The notes under the pieces: model-generated
What the model saw: only the letters and a program-made list of their open reading frames with translations
Databases searched by the model: none
Told to the model about the DNA's origin: nothing
In this document: one piece after another, positions 24,301 to 37,319 of the stretch
Layout of the letters: each line of letters opens with the position of its first letter
Numbering within the stretch: the stretch's first letter is position 1
Position numbers and translations under genes: made by a program
Assembly: GCA_030141605.1 (NCBI GenBank)
Contig: JAQGDQ010000118.1
Location: 62,001 to 126,000, forward strand
Length of the DNA: 64,000 nucleotides
From: Tubiluchus corallicola
Taxonomy: Eukaryota > Animalia > Priapulida
Direction: 5' to 3'

Positions 24301-27300
24301 GTCAGTTAATTGACAGATCGTCGCTTGGTTAACAACTAATGAAAAAGGGCAGCGTTTAGCCATAGCCTTACAAATGATGTGTAGACAGTGGTGATTTACA
24401 AGACGCATCCTGAAAAGTGGACCGTTTTTCTACAATGCGTAACGTAGATGTGATAAATTAATTGCGCTTTTTCATCATGTGAGCGTGAGTCCGCGATAGT
24501 TTACGCTGTGTCGCTGATTTGCAAACGCAGACCTAAATGTACAGGTATATCATAGTCAGTATCGGTACTTAATGTACAATAGTGTAAGCATGCGATGTTA
24601 ACGAATATATAACAAAGTTTTTGAATCTGTATTAACTCCTGGACCGAACCGCTCAAAATAGGTTCTATAAGACCTATGACTTTTTCTGCTACTGTATGAG
24701 CACAGACATTACTAAATGATTACTAATTAGGTACTGTTCTCTTCGGAGATGCTTTTATACGCAATTCTGGAGATGCTATTTGTTTAAGCATTCATAAGCG
24801 ATTTATTTGGATAAAATTAAGAAGTACATAGCCTTTTCAGACATTCCGTTGTCTAGGGTAAGCAAATGCATTTCATATATAATTCTGCGTGAGAGCATAT
24901 TAATTGAGGAGTAGGAAGCTACAAAAATTATCAAATATAATGTAATCGTTGCTTAGTGACAGCAGTTTTTCATGAACCCACGCAAAATGCAGCAAACTCT
25001 TATGGCCCTGAAAGTGCTAAAAATGATTTTAATTTCCCGTGACGTTTTGCAAAATCATTTTTTCTGGGTGTTTGCTTGCTGGTTTAGCCAGCAGTGACTC
25101 AGTACTGTTTAATATCAAAAAGGAGTACGGTTTCTCAGATCATTTCGCTTGAAGATTGATAGATTCTTTCCGTTGCATAATCGATTACAATGGGTTGCTG
25201 GCTTTGGTGTTCGCTGCGTTTCAATAAATCCCGTCGGCATTTTACGTCGCTGCATTCTTCGTGTCACTGCTTTTTATGCTGCTCTTTTAAAATTCTTATA
25301 ATCATCATCATCAACAGTTGGTTCAGTTCATTGTCGTCGTGAAAAATATGGGTTTTATTAATACTGATTTATTCGAAGATGATTCAAATTCAGATAACTA
25401 GTGAAAATTCGATGTGCACTGGTATTCACAGAGTCCGAATCTAATATAAGGAGTTGTATTAAACTTTTAATCCACAACTATTCTGTTTTGTTTTAAAGAG
25501 CATCGCCCAGTTTACAGCTAACCTAGTTTTTGACCGTCCTCTTCAACCTACCCACCCCTAGAGCAAGAACTGGGCTTGTCCAACTCATCCCTTCGCCAGC
25601 TGTCAAGTTTGTATAACGATTCCCACACTGAGGGGGTATAATATGATACGCAACTGGTGGTTGCTTCTTGCTCCCGGTTTTGATGTGTTTCACACGGTAT
25701 CTGTTATCAGTGGTGCTAGAACTCCTGCTTGATACGTGTGCTGCGCAAATTCGGTTAGAATAATTATTTGATTTTTACAACAATTAATTGTAATTTTGAT
25801 ATTGTCTTTGAGTTTTCTCATTTAAATTTATAAAGAGGTTTGCGATTTTTTTCCAGTTCAAGTTGTCTGCATGTAAGTTTGTGTTCGAATACAACAATGC
25901 GCTGCTTGTTTTTTTTAAATGAATAATGTTTCCAAAGATTTATAATAATACATGTCTAAGATCTGTTCATTTTTTTTCAGGTACATAGAAGAGCACATCC
26001 AGAAAACTGGTGTTGCTATAGAAACTCAGGGATTTGCTTTTGTAACAAGTGGCAGAAAAAGGGAGACATTAACTGTAAGTCATATATTTAACTGTAGATC
26101 TACTGTTTACTTAGTTCTGAGTTATACTCAAACGGTTCATAAACTATTACAGAGCTCAAATACATGGGATTTTGTGGAAATTTAGAATACTTAAATAATA
26201 TTTTAGTGAAACTTATTATTTGCAATTCATAAAGCATTAAATGTTAAACCTCTTGTGTTTTAAGACTTTTAACATGAAACTTTTCATTCTAATTTCACCT
26301 GGATTTTCAAAAAAAAATTCAGGGCTAAATTCATACATGTATTAAGATACTATTAATATTAACTGAATGTTGGCTGCTAAGTAGTGGATAATTATCTTTA
26401 ATTACTGCAAAATTTCAGGTCATGAGATAGTTGATTGTAGGTCTTTTTTACTCATGTTTGTCTATTGGTATTTGTCAGAATTAATCGCCTAATTCTTGCA
26501 CTGTTTAATTCAGGGAAATGCAACCATACACCTCTATCCGCACTTCCAAGGACTGGCTGAAGTTCCTGGTTAGTACCTTCTCGTTCTTTATATTCTAAAC
26601 TTGTGGTTTTTCCGGATTTATGGGACTTTTCTCACACAGCTAATAACTGTAATTTTTAAAACTTGCTATTGTAATATGCATTTTGCCATATATTGTGGCT
26701 AAAAATTCAGCAGATGGTTTAGTCTAACATGGATAACACGTTAGTATCCATCTGGAGTGTTGCTCGCTCGATGGCACACAACCAGAAACTTTACCAAAGT
26801 CTTTAAAATGGCACCTGCCCACTGCTGTTACCTATATTTACTTTGCACCCACTTTGCTGAAAACTTGCTACTGGCACTGTGTTCAATAATAGACATTATT
26901 ATGAATAACGGGGAAAATATGCTAACTGTAGATTTCCTCAGTTTCTTATGTTTCGACGATCACGCCACATGTTTATTTAGCGTAGCTTTTAATCGCAGAA
27001 GAGTTATATTTATTATCCGCAAGAGCTGCTTTTTATAAAAAAAAGTCGACAGAATTTTGTGTACATTCTTCGTCAAAAATTGGATGATTTATTCAGAAAC
27101 CTTGCATTTTACTCTGGCGTAGATTTCATAAAATTAAACACTGTTAAAGTTGGACAGCTGTTAGGTTTCAGTATCAGATTTTAGAAGAGCTAACCCCTTT
27201 TTGAGCCAAATAAAATAATAGCTCCTCTCAGTAATACTTAGCTCTTTGCCATTTTTAAACACTGGCCATTACACTATACATTCTGGTGGTCAGTGTATTA

Positions 27301-30300
27301 GTTAATTTGTAAAAAAAAATTGAATAGCTTTGATTTTTCATATTATTAAAATCATTAATGATAAATACTTTGATTTTTGAAATTATTAACATGTTTAATG
27401 AAAATCTTTGCATTCATTGCTTTTTACCAAGTAATTAAGTGTTAACTTAATGTCTTAACAATACTATTTGATAATGCGTGCGTGATGTTATTTTAGTGTT
27501 CTTCATTTACATAATGCTACTGAAGTACCTAAACATATGTATAACATGTGAACATGTAATTTATGTATGAAGTATGAACTTTTTATAGTAAGGTTGTCAT
27601 AAACTATCTGTCTTGGGTAGTGAAATTTAAGTAGTACAGGACAATATTATTCTGGTGCTTTTCACTGCTCGTCAAGTCATTGTTTAACTGATGCATTGTG
27701 ACATGTATTCAATAGCTTTTAGTCAATAAGTAAAAGATTGTTGTAGTTCTAGTTCTAGTTCTCTTGTGCTGGTGTTACAAACATACTGTGCGAATCGTCT
27801 TTCATTTGGTGGCATCTGTGAATAAGTCTTCAGAGCTGCCAGGTGAAGGGCTGTTTGTGCAGCATAGTCTTCATTGCCTTGCTTTATGGTTGACAGTACT
27901 GACAGATCTACTGTGGAAACTCTGCAGCAGACATCGAGGATATAGCAGATGCTAGCGTCAGCTGTGTCCAGCCACTTCAAAGGGCTAGCTGTCTCTGGTT
28001 TTAAAATGAGAGCTGCCCGTTGAAGGGCTGTTCAAAGCTGATTTGATTTACATTAGTATTTCTTGGCAAGCCTTTTTCAGTTGCAGTTCCAAATATTTTA
28101 ATAGTCACTGTTTATTTATATTGATAAATAACTGTCTAAGCCAAAGTGACTCATCTCCTAGATGAAGGTACAGATTTAGCAGATTTGTTTGAGTGCCTTG
28201 TATAGGCCTGGGGGTAGTTTTTTTCAAAATTCTGAACACAGAAGTTCAAGTTCAAGTTTATTTTTTACTTCGACACAATACATTAAAGATAACTATATCA
28301 AAACAAATACACATTTGACCAAGATTGTAGCCAGATGTTGAAAATTTTAAACTATTTGTCTACAATAATTAACTGTAATTTTAAATCTTGTTTTCAACAT
28401 GCCATTATGTCGCAAATCACTCTGAAAGCAGAGCTTGTTAGAGTGATTTGACAGCAAAAAAAGGAAAAGATTACGATGAAGACAAAACATAGTGAATCAG
28501 GATAGAACAAGTTAAGCAGGGTTTAAAGGGGTTAATAAGGAGGAGTTTGTGAGTGATCACTATGACAGAGCAAAGACTGAAAGTAAAATTGCAGTGTAAT
28601 TAATTAGATACTAAAGTCAGATTTCCTGTTAAATGAAATTCTGTACTGCTATATCTCATTATTTAGACACTAAGTATCTATATTGGTAGAATGGTTAAAT
28701 TTAACTTTCCAGTAATTAACTTTTGCCATTTCAGCAGTGTAGTGACAGTGGTCTTAAAATTTAGTCACTGATTTCATTTAGTATTAGTGGACTAACAAGT
28801 ACTATTGTGTGTAATAGGCAAAAAACAAGCATTGTCTTCTGACTTCAGTTCATTGTAATTTTTTTGATGGTTGTCTGATTAAATGCATTAATTAGTGGGC
28901 TTTTTTGAAAACTTTATAATTCTTGTATTCTTCTAGGTGTTTTGGACTACGTTACTACAGAAATTTCCACATCTAAACAGAAAAAATTTGGTTTGGTTAC
29001 TTTCATTGATACTCCGGGGCTCGTTGATGGTGATACAAAATACCCGTTTGATGTTAATAAAAGCATACTGTGGCTGGGTACTTACCTATTTTGTTTACTA
29101 ATTTACTGCTTTATTTGTTTTTATCATCGTTTTTTTCAGTTAGGTGTCTATGTCAAGTGTAACTGTACTGGGCAAACTGTTGTCTCCTTTAATAATGTGC
29201 AAAATAAATTTCATTATGGTAATTTTTCTGAATTATAATAGATGTGCACTGCGTTTGTTGATTACTGATTGTGTAGCAATTTTTTGTCCATTTAAATTAC
29301 TAAGAATTTCTTTTTTAATAACCTGAGCGCTTCAACAAGTAAGAAAGCTGCTGTTTGGCAATATGAAGTTATTTTACGATTTTTTAAAATTCTATAATTC
29401 ATATGTTGATTTACGGCTGTTAAAAAGTAAAGCTGTGTATTATACATTTGTAATATCCTACTTTTATAGCATTTTGTGTTTGTTTTTAAATTGGGAAAAT
29501 TGGAATCATTCTAAGGAACTTTAATTTAGCTTTTAAAAATAGCTGAATTACTAACCATCAGATCAGTTTTGTGTCAAATATGGTAAACTTTGGGCTAGCA
29601 AAACAGCGTGGTCAAATTTTTTTGTTTGATTATGAACACTTTTTTAGAAGCACTATCTACTTGAAGGAGTTCAGCAGCCACAAATATTTTAACCAAAGCT
29701 ACCTTTATTGATATCTCTTGTTTTATTTTTTAGGTGAGCTAGCTGATTGCATATTTGTCTTCTTCGATCCAATCGGCCAAGCTTTGTGCAAGAGGACGTT
29801 AATTATTGTGGAAGCTCTCAACGAGAGACACAGTGACAGAGTAAAGTTTTTTCTGAGCAAAGCTGACGAAGCTGGTCACGAATCCGATAGACAGGTGAGC
29901 TGATTTGACTCATCACTGTATTCATACCGGTATTCAAAGTGGTATATTTCATTAGATTGTTTTGTTTGAGATGAGACACTCGTTATTTGCAACAAACGTA
30001 TTACTAGCGTAAAGTCTGGATTCTGTGTTAAGTTTTTCCACTGTTGCCAACAGTTGACAGTTTTGTTGTGTTACGATTCACTGTGTGTAAAAATGTTAAT
30101 TGTTATTACGCCTAGCAGTGTAGAGACCATTTCAAAATTGCATTGTCTTAATTGTCATTTCAATTTGCTCACTTGTTCATAAATGCTCACTAAATAATTA
30201 TAATCTGCACATTGCATCACAGTTATTTTTTATATGTGTTAATGTCTCTTAGTTTTAGCTAAGGAATTTACTAGGACGTTGTTACTTTTACTATTTAATT

Positions 30301-33300
30301 TTTCAGTATATCTTTGATTTTATTTTTATTAATTTGATAAAATTTTTACAAAATTTCCTCTAAAATAAAATTAGAATACACTTATTAAATAATTTATAAC
30401 TTTAATTGCTTGTAGTGTTACAGAACTATTCATCAGCCTTGAATTATTGTCCTGCTCACAAAAATTCATTTTGTGTTTCAAAAATTTGTTTTTCAGCGAG
30501 TTTTAATGCAAATTGTACAAGAGTTGTGCAAACGGCCTGGGCTCAACAAGTGTGGCTTCGACATGCCTACAATTTTTATACCTCCCCTGCAAAACAAGGT
30601 AAGTATTAAATTTTTAACATTAATAAAAATGCTGTTATTTCTCTTTGATATGTAAGCATCAATGTGAAAGACATAAAAATTGTTGGTTGTGGCTGCTGGA
30701 TACTTATTGTTGGAGACGCTTCTTGAGAAAAGAATTCTGCTAAATTTGCACTAATTTGTCAAGTTGCTTTATCTTAGATCATATCTTTTGTTTATCTTCA
30801 CATTTGTGTATGAGACAGGAAGCTAAGTCATCGCGTAACATCCTTCAGAATAGTATTATAAGCTTTGTATCAATTTTTTTCCCAAAAACAATAAATATAT
30901 GAAGGATAGTTTAAAAACAATTTAGTATATTGATGAGCCAGATTTATATTAGTCTGCTGTAATGATGATTATTATATTGAAAATGGTTTTTTAAGCAGAA
31001 TATTTTTTGTTTATCAGAATAGCCGCTGTACAAATCAGATACATGAAGTCTGTGATCAAATTGAAAAGACAATCAATCACACCATCCAGAATACACTAAA
31101 TAGTTTGGAAAAGGACTGCGAAGAAATTTCATCAATAATTGACCAAAAACTACAAAATGACAGGTGCAGTATCAACACACTGTATATAAAATTTTGTAAA
31201 TATTATATGTATGTGCGGTAGACAGTATCTATTTGCATATTGAAAATCTTAATAAAATTTACTGTTGCTTTTCAGAATTAAGAAACATTTTTGTGCTACT
31301 ATATAAACTGTACGGTTTGCAGGGCCAGCTCTACCACAAGGCAAACAAGGCAGTTGGCTAGAGTGCCAAATTCTGGAAGTAACTCTAATCTTTAAGATCA
31401 GTATAACTAATAGCATAGTGTTTGTGTCATTCCTTAGATGCACAACACTAATTAAATGAAGCAAACCAGTTGCGCTGTTTTCCTGTCGAAATATTCAATT
31501 TCAAAGTCAATCAGCACAAGTGGGTTACACCTACACTTAATTGGTACGCTACAATATATGCATAAGCATAACATACAGGTACTATTACATTTCTTTATAA
31601 TATTAAACAAGAAAAATTCAATATTGGACGCATGGTGGGAATAGGAGTTGACCGTTGAAGAGGTGGTACTAAAAAAAATTTGCATCAGTCTACCTAGAAC
31701 TGGCCCTGACAGTCTGTGTGTAAAAACACCTTGTTTGTAGAAAAGCTTGGGAAGTATCTGACTTTGTCTTAAGAATGGTAGAACTTTTTCGGGTCTGAAA
31801 ATTGTATTTATGTAACTTCATCATTATGCTTCATCATTATACAGTTTGAAATAAAACTTTAATTATCACTTTTTAATGTTATTCAGCTTGTTTCAAATGT
31901 GTTCTGTATTATTCAGGTTGGCTCAGTCACACAATCGTCGTGCTTTTGGAAAAAGCTGTATATTTTCCATTTGTGGTTTATTTTTGCCTGTCATTTTCCT
32001 GTTGAATCTTCTCGTTGGCAGCTCTTCACATGGTTTTTTGAACAAGGAGTGGATGCTACTGATATATACATACTTGGTATGTAGGTGACAATATTTATGT
32101 CTAAATTTTTGATGTAGTGTCTGTATAAGTACAGTAAGCAGTGACTTCATTGTTTAATGTTCAAGAAGCATTAGATGTTGGCTTATTTACATATTTTGCT
32201 TTACAAAGGTTTCCCTCATTGGCTATTTCACCTTTTAGAAGTAATTTTAGAATAAATGGTTGAACATTACCATGCATGCATTCCAAGTACTTCCCATCAT
32301 ACAGAACAGTGTTCCTAGTATTATATCATTTATTGACTCACATGCATCAATTTTTGTATACTATTCAACAATGTGTTATTTTTATTTTTAGACCCCATTC
32401 AGGACCTTGTGGGCAGCTGTTCCATTAGGCTGGCAAGAAGAAGTTTTGGGCATCATTGTCATCACGTCTATTGTTTTCCTCTTGTTAGCAATATTTTCAG
32501 GAAGGTAATGTATCAATGTTGCACTCTTAAGGACGTTAAATTAGTGAATTGAGCTTGGAAAAGTGTCTGGTGCAGCTTAAACTTTTATGGTTTAAATTAG
32601 ATTTTAAGCTCCTGTATAGGCTCAAAGCAAGCATAAGTGCATCTTCTGGACAATCATTAAAGAAAGTCCATTTATATTAAAAGAAAAATGTACACACTGT
32701 ATACAAACCGATTTAGTGGGCCTGTTTTTCTGTAGACCAAGTTTTTAATATTCACTCAGTTAAAGTGCACCATATTTGCCTCTTTTGAGTGCATAGTGTT
32801 AATTTTTATTTTCACGATTGCATTGTTTAGTATGGAAACTGTAAATTGTAATTTTATTAATTTCTTTAGCTATGTTTGCTTCAGTATGAGTAGGTATTTC
32901 CTTAAACGAGAAAACATTGCACTATGCCGTAAATTGTTGAGTTGATGCCACTTTATGCAATAAATATATAAATTTTTTGAGTACCTAAATGTGCGATTTT
33001 TCTTACTAGCTTAAAATCACCGCTGTCTCGTCGACAAAAGCGAATGCTCTTAGAACAACAAGACTATGTCCTGCATCATGTCAAGGGTAAAAGGGTAAAT
33101 AAATTTCATATTTACTCTTACTTTGTATATAAAAGTAAGTGTTTATGTTTGTGTGTTTAATCTCCATAATCCCTCGAAGACTAAGTGGATCACAATATTA
33201 ACACAGTACATAATGATGAATCTTACAAGTACCTCTTTGAGATTAAACTTTCACTAAAAAGCCAGTAAAAAGTATAACATTATCTATGTACATGAGCAGT

Positions 33301-33385
33301 GCTTACTGTATGCATTTTACTTTTTTTGCAGAAAAAGTTGTACGCAGAGTATTTGCAACAAAGTATTAATGCTAGTGACCTGTGA
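15348..33385 (+). CDS. Uncharacterised dynamin/EHD-superfamily P-loop GTPase with two predicted C-terminal transmembrane segments, about 445 aa, 12 exons
   Basis: Exons 15348-15462, 18159-18270, 25981-26074, 26514-26568, 28937-29077, 29734-29894, 30497-30598, 31018-31163, 31917-32076, 32392-32504, 33010-33094, 33332-33385(TGA); all GT-AG, in phase, 1338 nt. G1 GNHSAGKS, G2 ETQG, G3 DTPG, FFDP, G4 SKAD; helical stalk; hydrophobic CIFSICGLFLPVIFLLNLLVG and VLGIIVITSIVFLLLAIFSG. Confidence 0.88.
17670..17759 (+). repeat. Tandem duplication, 2 x 45 bp
   Basis: CTTAAGCCAATGTTTATTAAGACCTTA(G/A)TCAGATC(A/G)AAAC(T/C)GCGG twice, 3 mismatches. Confidence 0.9.
18586..19041. mobile_element. piggyBac-type MITE
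   Basis: TTAA on both flanks; ends TCCTTTCAGTCCC / GGGTATGAAAGGG; internal near-palindrome GTATCCCACGGGATAC twice (about 18715 and 19010). Confidence 0.72.
21488..21652. repeat. Imperfect inverted repeat (decayed fold-back element)
   Basis: TACTAGCCACAGTAACA...AACAGGAACCGTGGCTT pairs with AAGTCACAGTTCCTGTT...TGTGACTGTGGTTAGTA. Confidence 0.65.
31320..31708. mobile_element. hAT-type MITE
   Basis: TIRs CAGGGCCAGCTCTA / TAGAACTGGCCCTG; 8-bp flanks ACGGTTTG / ACAGTCTG (6 of 8 match, decayed TSD). Confidence 0.7.
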
Positions 33386-34419
33386 AGATCAGGACATGAG
33401 ACTTAAATTTGCATCAATGTTTATTCTCTTTGTCTAAATGTGCAACAATCTTTGTTCTCCTTTGTAAGATACTCGTGTAATTTAATGAAGTGCAGTTTAT
33501 TAGTGTCGTGTAATGATTAGTATGCGTTTGAGAGTTTGTTATTTTTGCATCAAAAGACCCATAAGAGAAACAGTTACTTCACTTGTGTATGGCAAACTTC
33601 TGTTGGAAAGTTCGGTACAGCATGTATCATGAAGTTTTTGTTGTTACTATGTGTTGTTGTTTATTGTTATGTTGTGAATTTTGTGATCTATACTCCTGTG
33701 TGATCTATAGATCTTTTGATCTTGTTTACCCTGGTGAGATACCTAAAGTTTCTGAAATTATAGTATTTATTTTTTATTAAAAAATTTTCATTACAAATAA
33801 AAACAGTAAAATACTTATGCTTAAAGCTTTTGTATATTTGCACTGTACTTGGGGTTTCACAATTTCTCAAATTGTTTATTATTTTTGAGATAAGTGTAAC
33901 TGCTTTTTTACACTACACCAGAATTGATAACGCAAGTGAATGAATTTACAAACCTTTCCACATTCTTTAAAACAGAGAAGGAAAACCCACTCCCAAGATT
34001 CTCGTTACAGATGCATTAATGATTATTGGCATTTCATTTTTATTTGCAGGCAAATAAGACAGGTGTAATGACTTTTAAAATGCACACACTGTCAATGAGA
34101 CCACAGACCACTTAGCAACAGAATAATGTGACAAATAATTTATTCAGTCAAAATTACATTAAACTGAAACGTCAGTTTAATCACTGAAATTCTATATACA
34201 CTTACGTTTTGCATGAAGCTTTCATACAATCAACAAAATATAAAACTTGGTCAAAATTTAAAAATTAAACGTGTATACAGACTACTCTATATGTTAATAA
34301 CTGGTACACTCTTCAAACTAGAGCACTTTGTACAAATTATACAGAATAAAACAGCAGAATGCATTAACGGCTATTAATAAATCAACATGATTCAAGAAGT
34401 ACGAATTTAAATGCAACTG

Positions 34420-34441
34420 CACACACACACACACACACACA
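34420..34441. repeat. (CA)n microsatellite in the presumed MNT 3' UTR
   Basis: About 11 CA units. Confidence 0.9.
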
Positions 34442-35177
34442 GCAAAAGTAGAACTAACAAAAAAACTAGTAAAATACACAAAACTGTTGAAAAACTGCAA
34501 GTGCTGCCAAATGTAGCATGAAACTAACAAAGATCCTGCTGTTCAAAATTTGTCTGAACACAGGACTTTCGATCATAAATCCAAATTTTTTGATATACCA
34601 AGACTAAAGGTACAACTAACTGAATAACCAACTTATTGAAGCAAAGCACATGTGAACAAGATGGGGTGCTTCAGCATGAGGCCTAGTCATCTATTTTTTG
34701 TCACCATTCCAAGTGTGAGCAGTTATGAACCCATACTACTGTTTAAAATTGACAAGAACATTACAGTGCCATGTACTGTATAGAACACGTTGTAATTTTC
34801 ACCTTTTTCCTCGAATAACTAATACGTTGTTTTTTTAATTGGAGATGAGAACAGAAATATCAAGTTCTAAATTGAATTTATGACATAATATTGAAGGAAA
34901 AATTGATTTTTGCTTCGTGTTTTCAATTTATCTTGCCTGCTGCATGGAGTAAAGTGAAGAAGCCCTTGCAAACGGCACACAATTACATTATATATTTTAC
35001 CTATAAGTGTAACTTCGATTACTACGCAATATAATAATTGCATTGTTATCAAATTTTATCATGGACCTCTTCTTCGAAGTGCACAAAATTTTTGCATCAT
35101 GATATTAGTGAAACCTGAAATTACAGGCTCAAAGAAATGATAGAAATTCGAATTTGTGAACGTGTTTCTCCAAAAGC

Positions 35178-37319
35178 CTATGAAGCCAAGGGTACTGACT
35201 GCACTGTAACATTTTCCTGCAGTTTTGACGAAGCCAGTGTCTTGGCTTTCTTAATTACATAAACATACTTTGGAGGCACGCTTTTCTCGGGCAATGAACA
35301 TGTTACTGCTGATAGTGATGCCACATTTCCAAAAGAACTGCTTGTAGAAATATTCACAGCTTTAGATTGTATTGCTCCTGAGCTAGGAGTTACACTGACA
35401 TAAGATTTCGTCTGAGTGTTCTTCAATATGGGTTTTACTATACTGGCCAGTGAGGATTGCAATTGGCAATTTGCAGTGGTTGTTGGCAGTTGGTTTAATA
35501 GTTTCACGCTGCTACCCACTTTCGTTTGTCGTGGAAGTCTAATTACAGCCGGTGATATTCCACGAGGAGTTTTGCGCGCAGCCGGTTCACAGGCTGATGC
35601 TATAAACAAGTTATCTGAATTTGCGATGCTCGTCATGTAGTTGTCATTGGTAACATACTGAATGGCTGCATTATCATCTGTTACAGTTTGCTCTTCCACA
35701 AAACTAACAACACTAGGCCCCACCATAGCAGTCGCAGTACTAGCCTGAACAGTGTCTATCAAAACTTGCGTCCCATCAAGAACATTATCATAAATGCAAG
35801 TTGCATCATCAACGTTTGCAGACAAGATTGTTTCCTGCTGGGGTATTAAAGCGGGCTCTTGTGACTCCAACACTGCATCTCCAGGCAACAAATAAACCAC
35901 TTTCATTTCTTCACTCTGCAGCGCTATTGGTTCTGTTATGGACCACTGTACATTACTATCACATGTGACATGCATATTACTGGTAGTGTTATCGGGAAAA
36001 GTGATGACACTATCACCTGAAGATGTTTGCTGAACCAGTGAAGTTGCACTGCTGTTTTCAGTTTCACTTACCATAACGTCAGCTGGTAAGTCCACAATTT
36101 CACCTTCGACAGTCACTTCAACAGGTTCGATAATTTCTTCTTCCTTAACAACAGTCAACCACTGGGCATCATCATAAGCAGTAATAACCTGTGGGTCAAC
36201 TGTATGCACACTTGCAACAGACGTATTATTGAAATGTACTGTCTGAACATTAGGCTCAACTGGAACAGTGTTACTGGGAGCCTGTTTTGGCTTTATCAAG
36301 CTTTTCATTGGTGACTTTTGCACTACTTGAAAAGGAACACCTTTGTCAGAGGATTTGATTATAATCTGGGAGGACGTTGTTCCAAATGAATGTATGTAAT
36401 TCGTAGAGTTCGAGTTGCTGATTGAAACTGAAGGTACGGTGTTCACAGCAGAAACAACATTTGTGATAGAAGATAATTTTGGATAAACTACCTGTTGATT
36501 AATTTCAGCTTGACTTGCTTGTTTCTGTCTAGTATAGACTCGTGGAACTGCTGAAACAGGTGCTGCTGCACTTACTGGAATAACTGATTGAGCAGAAGAC
36601 CTTTGGGATACAGCGGATGTTTGGGAGCTGCTAGAACCAAGAAGTGGTATAAATTCGGAGTCACTCAGAGGCCCTTCTGATGCTGTCGTTGTAGAAGAGC
36701 TACTATCACAGTCAATATCAAGTTCACTGTTGAAACAATATCCACTATACTCACTACTATCAGCAGTAATGCCTAGTTCGTTTTTGAGATCCGACACTTT
36801 CTTTGCTGCATCGTGTAATCGCTTTTGCTGTTTCTTCAAACTGCTTTCATAATTTCTACTTCGTCTTTCGAGAACTTTAATATACCGCACAGCATTCCTC
36901 AAAATACTTAAGTTTGACATCTTGTCTCCATATTCTAAATGAGGCAGTTCCTTTTTTAACTTTTCAAACCCTTCTCTAAGTACGGCTCGGCGATTTTTTT
37001 CTAACAAATTGTGCATGTCACGATGGACTTCACGACTAAGTCCAGGGGTTTGCCGTTTGCACGGAGATACCTTTCTTATAGGAGATTTAGCAACTGACGT
37101 TATAACTTCTGAGATGGTATTGTCAACATTTTCCTCGATCTGAGAACTATCGTAAGTATCATAATACACTTCCACTAATGGCTGCCCTAGTGGAATGACG
37201 CTGTCGTCGCTATCAGACTCTCCTTCATCCTTCGAGTCTGAAGTTTTTAGCTCTATGAAAGCCGCAGCTTCCAAAAGTGCTTCAACACTTCTATTGTCTG
37301 CATCAGTTATTTGATCCAT
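35178..37319 (-). CDS. MNT: MNT-like (MAX network) bHLH-Zip transcriptional repressor, 713 aa, single coding exon
   Basis: Uninterrupted ORF from ATG 37319 (the ORF track starts at the adjacent GTG). Sin3-interaction motif SVEALLEAAAFIE; bHLH HNLLEKNRRAVLREGFEKLKKELP...KMSNLSILRNAVRYIKVL; zipper; MNT-like SSTTTASEG; long S/T/V-rich tail. Splice acceptor TTTTTCAG at 37378 implies an upstream non-coding exon. Confidence 0.85.
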   Translation of the reverse strand: MDQITDADNRSVEALLEAAAFIELKTSDSKDEGESDSDDSVIPLGQPLVEVYYDTYDSSQIEENVDNTISEVITSVAKSPIRKVSPCKRQTPGLSREVHRDMHNLLEKNRRAVLREGFEKLKKELPHLEYGDKMSNLSILRNAVRYIKVLERRSRNYESSLKKQQKRLHDAAKKVSDLKNELGITADSSEYSGYCFNSELDIDCDSSSSTTTASEGPLSDSEFIPLLGSSSSQTSAVSQRSSAQSVIPVSAAAPVSAVPRVYTRQKQASQAEINQQVVYPKLSSITNVVSAVNTVPSVSISNSNSTNYIHSFGTTSSQIIIKSSDKGVPFQVVQKSPMKSLIKPKQAPSNTVPVEPNVQTVHFNNTSVASVHTVDPQVITAYDDAQWLTVVKEEEIIEPVEVTVEGEIVDLPADVMVSETENSSATSLVQQTSSGDSVITFPDNTTSNMHVTCDSNVQWSITEPIALQSEEMKVVYLLPGDAVLESQEPALIPQQETILSANVDDATCIYDNVLDGTQVLIDTVQASTATAMVGPSVVSFVEEQTVTDDNAAIQYVTNDNYMTSIANSDNLFIASACEPAARKTPRGISPAVIRLPRQTKVGSSVKLLNQLPTTTANCQLQSSLASIVKPILKNTQTKSYVSVTPSSGAIQSKAVNISTSSSFGNVASLSAVTCSLPEKSVPPKYVYVIKKAKTLASSKLQENVTVQSVPLAS

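Noticed and set aside
26757-28200. ORFs 26757-27038 and 27723-27980 as nested genes
   Set aside because: No recognisable domain or exon structure; probably transposon remnants but unclassifiable by eye.
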